DNA of 47,735 nt from Elainellaceae cyanobacterium (lineage in GTDB: Bacteria > Cyanobacteriota > Cyanobacteriia > CAZCXK01), in assembly GCA_051117555.1 (NCBI GenBank), contig JBNPEG010000154.1, forward strand, positions 1-47,735, read 5' to 3'. The notes beneath the pieces are model-generated. The model was given only the letters and a program-made list of their open reading frames with translations, was not told the DNA's origin and ran no database searches. Shown here piece by piece: positions 32,388 through 41,296 of the stretch. Numbering within the stretch: position 1 is the first letter of the stretch; every line of letters begins with the position of its first letter. The translations under genes and the position numbers were made by a program.

Positions 32388-33050
32388 ATGCTTATCCCTC
32401 TCAATCGCAAGAAGTTTGAAGACATCATTCCTCTCGTTGCAACTAGCGAACAATATAAATACTGCTGGGGAAAGCTGCCTGATGTCCTCAGGCGGCTTCT
32501 GTATTCTTTGGCAGGAGTGATTGTTGTTCTAACACTTCGATATTTTTTAGGCGAAGGATTCGACCTGTTCATGTCTATTTTGGCGATCGTCGTGGGGCTA
32601 TATTGGCTTTGGAGCCCGGTTTATTGGGCGAGTCGTCGCAATGCAGAGTATCGCAAGTTTACCTACAGCGGTTTCTGGCAAGGAGAAGTTATTGAAAAAT
32701 TTATTACCGAAGAATTAATCGGTCAAGAAGAAACTGTTAATAAGCAGGGAGAATTAGTCATTATCGAGAATCGAGAGCGCCGCCTCAACTTAGAAGTCGA
32801 AGATGAAAGTGGATTTAAAACGATTCTTCAGGTTCCCCTTCAGCGCAGCCATCGCACGATTCGCCCGGGTGATATTGCCGAAATGGTTGTTGTCTCTAAC
32901 CGCCCAGACTTAAGCCGTATTGCTAAGATTTCAGATATTTATCTACCCGATAATGATCTTTGGGTCAGTGATTATCCTGTATTGCGCCGAGACGCCTTTA
33001 TTGATACGAGTCGCCAACTCAATCGCGGTGGGTTTGCTTACGGTGGTTAA
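32388..33050 (+). CDS. Conserved cyanobacterial 2-TM membrane protein
   Basis: MLIPLNRKKFEDIIP start, two TM segments, NKQGELVIIENRERR. Confidence 0.8.
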   Translation: MLIPLNRKKFEDIIPLVATSEQYKYCWGKLPDVLRRLLYSLAGVIVVLTLRYFLGEGFDLFMSILAIVVGLYWLWSPVYWASRRNAEYRKFTYSGFWQGEVIEKFITEELIGQEETVNKQGELVIIENRERRLNLEVEDESGFKTILQVPLQRSHRTIRPGDIAEMVVVSNRPDLSRIAKISDIYLPDNDLWVSDYPVLRRDAFIDTSRQLNRGGFAYGG

Positions 33051-33676
33051 TTAAGGTCACCGCTCTCTTGTCCGTATGCTTGCCACGCCAACTCGACCAA
33101 GCCATTGACAATAGCCGCTGCGACGACTGCACTGCCTTTGCGCCCTTTAATGCGAATATGAGGAATTAGAGTGTTTTGCAGTCTTTCTTCAACCGTTTCC
33201 ATACCGATAAACCCTGCTGGAGTACCAACGACGAGTGCTGGCTTGATTTCTTCAGTTTCAATTAGGTCAACAAGCGTCGATAAGGCAGTTTGAGATTGAC
33301 CCACTACAAAAAGTGCTTCTGGATAACGTCGAGCTAGTGTTTCGATGCCCCACGCGGCACGGGTTTTTTCGCGTTGAGGACGTGTCAGCGCATCCATGCT
33401 GCAATAAACAGGGTTAGCAAACGTCTGTTGAATAATCGGAGTAATACCCACCTGCACCATCGGTACGTCAACCACGATTGTGCTCCGTGCTGCAAGGGCT
33501 GCTGCCCCAGCTTGGAGGGCTTGATCAGAAAATCGAATCAGGTTTCTATATTCAAAGTCAGCAGTTGCATAAATAACCCGACGGACGATTTCATATTCAG
33601 ATGGAGAGAATGCGTGGTCGCCGATTTCCCGGTCGATGATTCTTAGACTTTGTGCGTCGGTGATGTGCCATTCCAT
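33047..33676 (-). CDS. cobH: Precorrin-8X methylmutase family protein
   Basis: S..IID, RRVIYATADF, VDVPMV, GTPAGF and GRKGSAVVAAAIVN motifs. Confidence 0.85.
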   Translation of the reverse strand: MEWHITDAQSLRIIDREIGDHAFSPSEYEIVRRVIYATADFEYRNLIRFSDQALQAGAAALAARSTIVVDVPMVQVGITPIIQQTFANPVYCSMDALTRPQREKTRAAWGIETLARRYPEALFVVGQSQTALSTLVDLIETEEIKPALVVGTPAGFIGMETVEERLQNTLIPHIRIKGRKGSAVVAAAIVNGLVELAWQAYGQESGDLN

Positions 33677-33899
33677 GACTGCCATGAGAACTGTTCCAAG
33701 CAAATTTTTAAAGACGGTTCCACATTTGATTGAATCAAATTTCAGTAATCTCCGCTTCTACTCCGTTTCGAATCGTATTACTTTGCTCGAATAGTACCGC
33801 AGCCGATGATGATCGAGTCTATTTGCGACAAGCCAGTGGCTCTTTTGAATTGCGGCTTTGATCGGGTCTGATGACGTTCATTCTAACGATTCTGAGTTG

Positions 33900-33991
33900 T
33901 ATAGCCCTACGGGCTTAGGTTTGTGTGTGAGCCCCTGCGGCGCGAGGGCTCACACACGTTTAACGTCCTAACGCGAGGGCGTACCGCTATA
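33900..33991. repeat. Small dispersed repeat (MITE-like) with TATAGC/GCTATA ends and an internal hairpin
   Basis: GTGTGTGAGCCC...GGGCTCACACAC stem; shares both ends with the element at 36949-37221. Confidence 0.75.
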
Positions 33992-33998
33992 CTTTCTC

Positions 33999-34754
33999 CT
34001 AAGCGCATCGGGTTTCCTTGCTGTCGCAGCGTTGCCTAATTACTCGCTGAGTGTAGGCAGCAGTCACAAATGATTTGAAAATGCGCTGTTGAAGCGGGTC
34101 ATGAGGTGACATTTCTGGATGCCATTGGAGTGTAATAGCCCAGGGATGACATTCATGCTCGAGAGCTTCAATGACTCCATCGGGTGCGTAGGCAGCAATT
34201 CGCCATCCCTTTGGAGGGGCAGTTACTGCTTGATGATGCCATGACACGATTTCCATAGTTGATGTTTCGACAATCCGAGCAAGCTGACTGTCTTGAATAA
34301 CATTAACCCAATGTCGCGTTGGGCGGCGTTGTTCTTCTCGATGGGCGATCGCCATTCCGATCGCGTCAGGCAAATGAGAAAACAGGGCTGCACCACTTGC
34401 CACACTCAATATCTGCAATCCCCGACAAATTCCTAGGATTGCAACATTCGAGCGGAGGGCTATCGCTGCGAGTGCAAGTTCGGCGGTATCTCTTTCAGAA
34501 TCAACTTTATAAATTTCTGGATGAGACATCCCCTTATAACATTTGGGTTCAATGTCACCGCCTCCTGTGAAAACAAGCCCATCGACCTGATGAATAATTG
34601 CCTCGTGGTAAATCTTTCCAGGAGGCAACAGAATAGGCAGCCCTCCTGCCTGATAAATAGCATCTACATAATCTGCAAGCAGGCAAAATTCCCCCTTTGG
34701 GCTCCGACCCAATGTAGTAATACCGATTACAGGTGGATTCGAAAGGCTGTTCAT
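33999..34754 (-). CDS. Gamma-glutamyl-gamma-aminobutyrate hydrolase family (peptidase C26) glutamine amidotransferase
   Basis: TGGGDI, GICRGLQ, SWHHQAV and QWHPE motifs. Confidence 0.9.
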   Translation of the reverse strand: MNSLSNPPVIGITTLGRSPKGEFCLLADYVDAIYQAGGLPILLPPGKIYHEAIIHQVDGLVFTGGGDIEPKCYKGMSHPEIYKVDSERDTAELALAAIALRSNVAILGICRGLQILSVASGAALFSHLPDAIGMAIAHREEQRRPTRHWVNVIQDSQLARIVETSTMEIVSWHHQAVTAPPKGWRIAAYAPDGVIEALEHECHPWAITLQWHPEMSPHDPLQQRIFKSFVTAAYTQRVIRQRCDSKETRCA

Positions 34755-34941
34755 GAATCAATTTAGAACCGATCTAGTGTGATTTAGTAGGAGAGTTCCG
34801 TTAGCTAACCATAGCTCTCATTGTACGGAACGCACATCCAACATGATAGAAGCATGCTAGTAGCTAGTAGTGCGTGACGATTACCCCCTCCCCTATTAAC
34901 GAGGGTTACCTAATCCAAACCGTCTACAAGGATCTCTGAGA

Positions 34942-35033
34942 TGTAGCAATCCCAAATGGGTTGTGAGTGGTGGGACGGGCGGCGCCCGCCCCACCACTCA
35001 CACACAATTCGCGAGCAATTTAGGATCGCTATA
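34942..35033. repeat. Roughly 92-bp MITE-like repeat, inverted copy of 37257-37348
   Basis: TAGCAATCC...GGATCGCTATA termini; GC-rich internal hairpin TGAGTGGTGGG...CCCACCACTCA. Confidence 0.85.
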
Positions 35034-35119
35034 GATTACTGCGAATTCTAGGACTTGACGAGAACGATACTTCGATTAGAAACTAAGTCACATAGTCTCC
35101 ACCACAGAATAGAAAAATC

Positions 35120-35422
35120 GTGCTGGCTGCGCTACTAATTATCATTTTTGGCTTAATGCCTTCCCTGGTTTCAATCTGGGTGATGCGTCAAGTTGACGCA
35201 AGAGCGCAAGCGAGGTTGAGACTGGCAATGGATGCTATTGCTTCTCGAGGAGTCTGTAATCTTAGGTTTGCTCCTGATCAGCACTATGTTCAAGGAGTCG
35301 GATATATTATCGGGGATATCACCTGTCGATTTAATGCTCGATCTAGCTATATTCGCTGTGCTGTTAACCCAATGGGACCTTGCCAGGATTGTTCTCACTA
35401 CGAACCTAAAGAACTCAATTAG
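35120..35422 (+). CDS. DUF6464-like protein (N-terminal TM, C-terminal Cys cluster)
   Basis: IGDITCRFNARSSYIRCAVNPMGPCQDCSHY. Confidence 0.8.
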   Translation: MLAALLIIIFGLMPSLVSIWVMRQVDARAQARLRLAMDAIASRGVCNLRFAPDQHYVQGVGYIIGDITCRFNARSSYIRCAVNPMGPCQDCSHYEPKELN

Positions 35423-35432
35423 CAAGCAACAC

Positions 35433-35678
35433 AGTAGTGGCCTGACATGCTTAAGATAGTGCAAATTCTTAAAGGGCTGAAACTCTTGGACCCGATGCAT
35501 TACGCTGCGCTAACGCCACCCTACTGGTTTGACATGCCTAAAATAGTGCAAACTTTAAAAGGCTGAAACTCTTGAAATCGGTGCGTTACGCTGCGCTAAC
35601 GGCACCCTACCTGATGCACTATTTTGGCTGTGCCACGCCACTACCTCATGCACTACTTTAGCTATGCCACGCTAGTAG
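35433..35678. repeat. Composite REP/MITE-like cluster: two ~87-bp tandem units and two ~34-bp units
   Basis: Each long unit ends in a REP-like GTGCGTTACGCTGCGCTAACG(G)CACCCTAC. The short units (TGCACTATTTTGGCTGTGCCACGCCACTAC) are imperfect inverted copies of the long-unit starts. Confidence 0.8.
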
Positions 35679-36552
35679 ATGCCTCTAAATCAGACAAATA
35701 TCACTTCATTATCACCTCTTTTAGAAGGAAAATTGATAGTTGAAATTTCAAGCTCTAGTGCGGTATACGAAGATTTAGAAGTTGCTACTATTTAGAATAA
35801 ATCTAGATTATTTGAGTTAAAAATTTAGAACAAACCTCTCTTTTATCTGGCTATTTATTGATTATAACTATCAATTAATGACTGATTTTTTACATCTTTC
35901 ATAGCTGATTTGTCTTAAAAAGCTTGATCGATTCCTATAGCAGTATGTGCTTGAGTTAAGCACAAGGGTGGTATGCAATCCGCGCTGAACACTGCTTTGC
36001 TTTGTATGCAAGGCGATCGCAAATTCCTCTATGTAGCGTATTCCCAATCAGAATTTAGAAGATGGTGTATAGAAAACTGAGCGCCGCGCAATCCGTTAGA
36101 TCTATACAATCGGAAGCGAAAAGAGGAAACCGTATATTTGCGTAATCGAGCATATTAAGCACCGATTTAAAGTCCTCATGAAGGGGGCTTAAATCCTCAC
36201 AAAGGCTTCACATATTCCCGCTGATCTGATTGAAAGACTAATGCTATGTTCGAAATATCCAGCAGTCTTAATCAATCATGATTGGCCTTTATACCTACTC
36301 ATCAGATCAACATTGAATTAGCAGAAAACTTTAGTCCCGATTTAATGAACATTCAGCTGATTAGCGGATTTGATGCATTTTTTGGGGATGCTAGTTTAAG
36401 CGATATGTAATTCCGATACTATCGAGCATTTCCAACACTGAATCTCACTTTTCCCATATTGATATTGATGTATCAGAGTGAGGTGAGATATGGCATCCGT
36501 CCCACCATGAAATCATTTTCTATCCCAGTGCAAGTAGGTACTGTTTTCCCAG

Positions 36553-36831
36553 ATGAAGTCTAATCCTTTAGAGAATCAGCCAGCCAAGCCGGAAATCGGA
36601 ATTTATGACTGCGAAGTGCACCTCAAGTTCAAGCTGATCGAGGACAAGAGCATACTGAGCGATCGCGATCGCCTTCTTGAGATGCTACTCGACGCGTTCT
36701 CCTGCGGTGCTGATGAATATCTAGAACCTATCCAAGTAAATGCTGTTGCTCAAGAAATTTCGGAAACCGAAGCATCGGCTCGAATGCGCCGCCAGGTGAT
36801 TCGGTTACGCAACTCAAGCAAACTGTCTTAG
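36553..36831 (+). CDS. Npun_R1517-family small regulator
   Basis: GIYDCEVHLKFKLIE...LLDAFSCGADEYLE...MRRQVIRLRNS; family recognised from recall. Confidence 0.75.
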   Translation: MKSNPLENQPAKPEIGIYDCEVHLKFKLIEDKSILSDRDRLLEMLLDAFSCGADEYLEPIQVNAVAQEISETEASARMRRQVIRLRNSSKLS

Positions 36832-36857
36832 GACTAGGACTAGGACTAGGACTAGGA
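36829..36857 (+). repeat. (TAGGAC)n short tandem repeat, about 4.8 units, starting at the stop codon
   Basis: TAGGACTAGGACTAGGACTAGGACTAGGA. Confidence 0.9.
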
Positions 36858-36968
36858 ATTGAAATCGTCGCTATTTAGTGATTCAGTCTCGCCCTACAGA
36901 TCGATCACTCGTCATTTTTTTACGATTATTCAACCAGAGCATTCAATATATAGCCCTACGGGCTCACC

Positions 36969-37173
36969 CTGATTGACTGACAAAAGATCAGAGGCTGGCG
37001 GTTGAAACCGCGCCTACACAACCAAAATCGACCTATAGCCTTCGGCATGGCTTCGCTAGCGTCGACTGTTCTCAACCCGCCTAGGCGGGTTTCGACGTAT
37101 AGCAGCAGTTACTCTGCGAGCAGCCGCTATGCGTCTACAACTGCCGCAAACCAAAGTTTTGTCAGTCAATCAG
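36969..37173. mobile_element. 205-bp MITE with perfect 17-bp terminal inverted repeats, nested in another repeat (36949-37221)
   Basis: CTGATTGACTGACAAAA (36969-36985) and TTTTGTCAGTCAATCAG (37157-37173); flanks CGGGCTCACC and CGGGCTTGCC look like a 10-bp target duplication (8/10). Confidence 0.8.
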
Positions 37174-37256
37174 CGGGCTTGCCACACGTTCAACGTCCTA
37201 ACGCAAGAGCGTACGGCGATAGATTGAGAGGCAGGCATAACAGAATATTGAGCATA

Positions 37257-37348
37257 TATAGCAATCCTAAATCGCTTGTGAATTGTGTGTGAGCGGTGGG
37301 GCGGGCGGCACCCGCCCCACCGCTCAAAACCCATCTGAGATTGCTATA
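37257..37348. repeat. Roughly 92-bp MITE-like repeat, inverted copy of 34942-35033
   Basis: TATAGCAATC...GATTGCTATA termini; internal hairpin TGAGCGGTGGGGCGGG...CCCGCCCCACCGCTCA. Confidence 0.85.
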
Positions 37349-37421
37349 GTGAGACGCAAGGTTATTCGTTGACGTTAAAATCTTGTCAGTCTACTCGAAT
37401 TGCCACTCACAATCTGCTCAT

Positions 37422-39506
37422 ATGTCTAACTCTCGCCAATCGCCACGTCATCTGACCGCGCCAACTGCTCCTAAACAGCCTAAAATTTTTGAAACTCATG
37501 GCGATCGCACCATTGATGACTATTACTGGATGCGCGATCGCGACAATCCGTCAGTGCTTGAATATCTCAAAGCCGAGAATGCCTACACGGCCTCTCGGAT
37601 GCAACATACCGAAATGCTGCAAGAGCAGCTTTATGAAGAGATGTTGGGGCGTATTCAGGAAACAGATTTATCAGTCCCCTATCGCCATGGTGATTATTTT
37701 TACTACAGCCGCACTGAGGAAGGCAAAGCTTACGGGATTTTCTGCCGAAAATTGAGGAGTTTAGATGCCGATGAGGAAATCCTACTAGACAGCAATCAAC
37801 TTGCTGACGGCGAAGAGTTCTTTAGTTTGGGTGACGTTGAGGTTAGTCCTGATCATCAGCGATTGGCCTATTCTACAGACACTAACGGGTCAGAGAGATA
37901 TACCCTCGTTTTTAAAGATCTTAAAACCGGAGAGCATTTTTCAGAACGCATTGCCGACGTCAGTGGTGTGGTATGGGCAAATGATAACCAGACGCTCTTT
38001 TATCTGCGAATTGATGCAGCAAACCGCCCTTTTCAACTCTGGCGACATCGATTAGACACTGATCCCAGCCATGACACGCTGATCTACGAAGAACCGGATG
38101 AGGGGTTTTATCTCGATATTAGCCGGAGTCGTAGCAATGCGTATCTGTTTTTATCGGCAGACAGTAAAATTACGTCTGAAGTTAGGGTTTTAGATGCAAA
38201 TCAGCCAGAGGGTGAATTGCAAATAATTCAGCCTCGCCAGTATGGAATTGAATATTCTGTCGACCATCATCCAGGGCTAGATGATTCGTCAACTAATCGG
38301 TTTTATATCGTCACGAATGAAGATGCCATTAATTTTAAGCTAATGGTAGCGCCCGTTTCGGCGCTGGGCAAAGACAACTGGGAGACAGTCATCCCTCATC
38401 GAGAGGACGTCATGCTCAACGGGGTCGGAGTCTTTGCCAATCATTTGGCGATTCATGAGCGAGAAAAAGGGCTGCCAATCCTCCGCATCCAAGCGCTTTC
38501 AAGCGGAGAAATCACAACCATCGATTTTCCAGAACCTGCCTACGAGGTATATCCGGGGTTTATGCCGGAGTTTGATACTCGGATGCTGCGGTTTACCTAC
38601 AGTTCACTAACAACCCCCTCGTCTGTGTTTGACTACAACATGGACACTCACGAACGGGAGTTGAAGAAGGAAACTCCCGTGTTGGGAGGATATGACCGCA
38701 CTCACTATGCGAGTGAGCGGCTGATGGCGATCGCTCAAGATGGGGCGCAAGTGCCTATTTCTCTCGTTTACAAAAAAGGCGTGAAGCAGAATGGTGATAA
38801 TCCTCTGTTCTTAGTGGGGTATGGTTCCTATGGGTATCCCTATCCAGCAACGTTTTCATCAAATCGGCTTTCATTGCTGGATCGAGGGGTTGTTTGTGCG
38901 ATCGCCCATATTCGTGGCGGCGGGGAAATGGGGCGCAAATGGTATGAAGGCGGCAAGTTTCTTCACAAGCGAAACACATTTACTGATTTCATTGCCTGTG
39001 CTGAATATCTGATTAAGCAGGGTTGGACGAGTTCAAACCGTCTCGTCATTTCGGGTGGAAGCGCCGGAGGGCTGTTGATTGGGGCAGTGCTCAACATGCG
39101 TTCCGATCTGTTTCAAGGGGCGATCGCCGATGTGCCGTTTGTGGATGTGGTGACGACGATTCTCGACCCGACGCTGCCATTGTCGGTGATGGAATGGGAT
39201 GAATGGGGCAACCCCAATGACAAAGTCTATTACGACTACATGAAGTCGTATTCGCCCTATGACAACGTGAGGGCTCAAGACTATCCTCATCTGCTGATTA
39301 CCGCAGGCTTGAATGACCCCAGAGTGTCGTATTGGGAGCCTGCAAAGTGGGCTGCAAAGCTGCGTGACCTCAAAACTGACCAGAATCGCCTGCTGCTGAA
39401 AACTAATCTAGATGCAGGGCACGCTGGCGCGTCTGGACGGTATGGTCGGCTGAAGGAAATTGCGTTTAGGTATGCATTTGCTTTGGATTGTTTAGGACTT
39501 GCCTAA
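37422..39506 (+). CDS. ptrB: Oligopeptidase B (S9A)
   Basis: DDYYWMRD, GYGSYG, HIRGGGE, GGSAGG nucleophile, NDPRV and AGH motifs. Confidence 0.93.
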   Translation: MSNSRQSPRHLTAPTAPKQPKIFETHGDRTIDDYYWMRDRDNPSVLEYLKAENAYTASRMQHTEMLQEQLYEEMLGRIQETDLSVPYRHGDYFYYSRTEEGKAYGIFCRKLRSLDADEEILLDSNQLADGEEFFSLGDVEVSPDHQRLAYSTDTNGSERYTLVFKDLKTGEHFSERIADVSGVVWANDNQTLFYLRIDAANRPFQLWRHRLDTDPSHDTLIYEEPDEGFYLDISRSRSNAYLFLSADSKITSEVRVLDANQPEGELQIIQPRQYGIEYSVDHHPGLDDSSTNRFYIVTNEDAINFKLMVAPVSALGKDNWETVIPHREDVMLNGVGVFANHLAIHEREKGLPILRIQALSSGEITTIDFPEPAYEVYPGFMPEFDTRMLRFTYSSLTTPSSVFDYNMDTHERELKKETPVLGGYDRTHYASERLMAIAQDGAQVPISLVYKKGVKQNGDNPLFLVGYGSYGYPYPATFSSNRLSLLDRGVVCAIAHIRGGGEMGRKWYEGGKFLHKRNTFTDFIACAEYLIKQGWTSSNRLVISGGSAGGLLIGAVLNMRSDLFQGAIADVPFVDVVTTILDPTLPLSVMEWDEWGNPNDKVYYDYMKSYSPYDNVRAQDYPHLLITAGLNDPRVSYWEPAKWAAKLRDLKTDQNRLLLKTNLDAGHAGASGRYGRLKEIAFRYAFALDCLGLA

Positions 39507-39555
39507 AAACGATTTCGGGAGGTAACTCACGTAGATATTCTCCGAGTAGACATTC

Positions 39556-40515
39556 ATGCCTATGGTTCGTGTTAGAGCACCAGACCTTCCTCAGACTGGC
39601 TCTTGGTTGAATTGTGATCAATCTGTATCGTTGAAAGATCTGCGGGGATACGTCGTTATTCTCGATTTTTGGACGTATAGCTGTATTAACTGCCTGCACG
39701 TTATTCCGGATGTCAGGTATTTAGAACACAAGTATGGCGATCGCCTGGTTGTCATCGGCATTCACACCGCCAAATTTGACCATGAGCACACTCTAGAGAG
39801 TGTTCGGCAGGCAATTGCCCGGCATGGAATTATGCATCCCGATGGTGGCAGAGCACTCGATGTTGATCTAAATTCCCCGTGGGATTTGGTAATAGTAGAT
39901 GCAATGATTTATGTCGCAATGGCAGGAGCGCATCAAATCTGGGCAATTGACCGTGACGGCACGAGTCAAACATTGATTGGCACAGGAGCAGAATTTTGCG
40001 TTAATGGAACACGTGATACTGCTGCATTTGCTCAACCAAGCGGGACTACTACTGATGGAGATGACCTGTTTGTAGTAGATAGTGAAACAAGTTCAGTTCG
40101 CCGAATTAAACGAGGAGAAAGTCCGACTGCTCACACGGTCTGCGGCAGTGGTCAGCTATTTGAGTTTGGCGATCGCGATGGGATTGGATCACATGTGCGC
40201 TTACAACACTGCTTGGGACTGGCCTATGGGGCAGGTTACCTGTGGCTTGCCGATACCTACAACCACAAAATTAAACGAGTGCATCCGGTAACGGGAGACT
40301 GCCAGACTCTATGCGGGATGAGCAAAGCAGGCTTTCGAGACGGCATCGGTCTAGATGCTGCTTTTTCAGAACCCTCTGGATTAAGCTACGCCGACCATCA
40401 TCTGTATGTTGCAGATACCAATAATCATGCCATTCGAATGATTGATCTTGATACGTTGAAGGTGACAACGCTGCACAGTCCGACCCTGTGTTCACCCTAT
40501 GTCTGCCAGCCTTGA
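39556..40515 (+). pseudogene. Thioredoxin-like + NHL-repeat protein with an apparent in-frame internal deletion
   Basis: DFWTYSCINC thioredoxin start; the domain stops at IMHP and jumps directly to LNSPWDL NHL blades. Confidence 0.65.
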
Positions 40516-40572
40516 GCGATTAGTGCCTCTGCAATCTACCCCTCTACTCTACTTTTCTCTCTCTTGCGCGAA

Positions 40573-40718
40573 GCGGCAATTGAAATTGCGTCTACACGAA
40601 CGAAACCCGCCTGCGCGGGTTAAGGAAATTGTCTGTGAGGATGGACATAGTCTATGTAGCCGCCGATTTTAATCGGACGGCACAAGCGAATGTTCTGGGT
40701 CTGATGGCGATCGCCCCA
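40573..40718 (+). repeat. 146-bp direct repeat, left copy
   Basis: Identical to 45265-45410; contains the hairpin AACCCGC...GCGGGTT and ends just after a HIP1 site. Confidence 0.95.
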
Positions 40719-40957
40719 AATATTACCCTCGATCACGGTTGCACTCCTTGTGAACCTAGATCCTTCATCCCCAACGCAAGATAGGAATGTGAGAACACAA
40801 TAAAATAGTATCGCGGTTTTAACCGCCAGCATTCAGAGTCTGGTCAGACAGGGGATATGCACAGGTTAAGGATATCTAAATTTTTTTTGGACTGGACAAC
40901 AATTTAGGAGTTCTTGATTTACCCTGGGGTAAAGAAATTAGTGAACCCAAGAGTTTT

Positions 40958-41293
40958 ATGTCAGACGAATATATTTGGATTGTGACCGATGACGCTGAAC
41001 CTTCTGATATCGAAGGTCAGCGGGGCTGGGGAGAGGAGGTTCGCAAGCGGCTGAATACGGCAGTGCAAGTTCCAGTTTCTCTGCTAGAGCAAAACATGAA
41101 CCGCTTTTTGCAGTTTGTCGGGCGACTGTTTAAGCAGGTTGATCAGCAAATCGGTGCTGATTCAGATATGCAACTAGATGAGGTGGAATTGTCGGTCGAA
41201 ATTAGCGGCAAGGGTGAAATTAAGCTGATTGCTGGTGCAGAAGGGAAAGGAGCGATTACTCTAAAGTTTAAGCGTATCGAAACGTCAGCGTAG
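40958..41293 (+). CDS. Pepco-like (peptidase co-occurring) small protein
   Basis: LDEVELSVEISGKGEIKLI...GAITLKFKR pattern; stop codon is 3 bp before the caspase gene. Family assignment is from recall. Confidence 0.7.
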   Translation: MSDEYIWIVTDDAEPSDIEGQRGWGEEVRKRLNTAVQVPVSLLEQNMNRFLQFVGRLFKQVDQQIGADSDMQLDEVELSVEISGKGEIKLIAGAEGKGAITLKFKRIETSA

Positions 41294-41296
41294 GAA

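Noticed and set aside
36407..36419. NtcA site upstream of the Npun_R1517-like gene
   Set aside because: The spacing is GTA-N7-TAC, not the canonical N8.
37002..37292. 96-aa ORF
   Set aside because: It runs almost entirely through nested MITE and REP-like repeats.
634..40500. A second VR for this TR elsewhere in the window
   Set aside because: No other RGGSW...GFRVV coding segment was seen by eye; remote targets outside the window remain possible.
40620..40832. Paralogous small ORFs ending GDRHQTQNIRLCRPIKIGGYIDYVHPHRQFP (also 45312..45599)
   Set aside because: The shared peptide is just the antisense reading of the 146-bp direct repeat.
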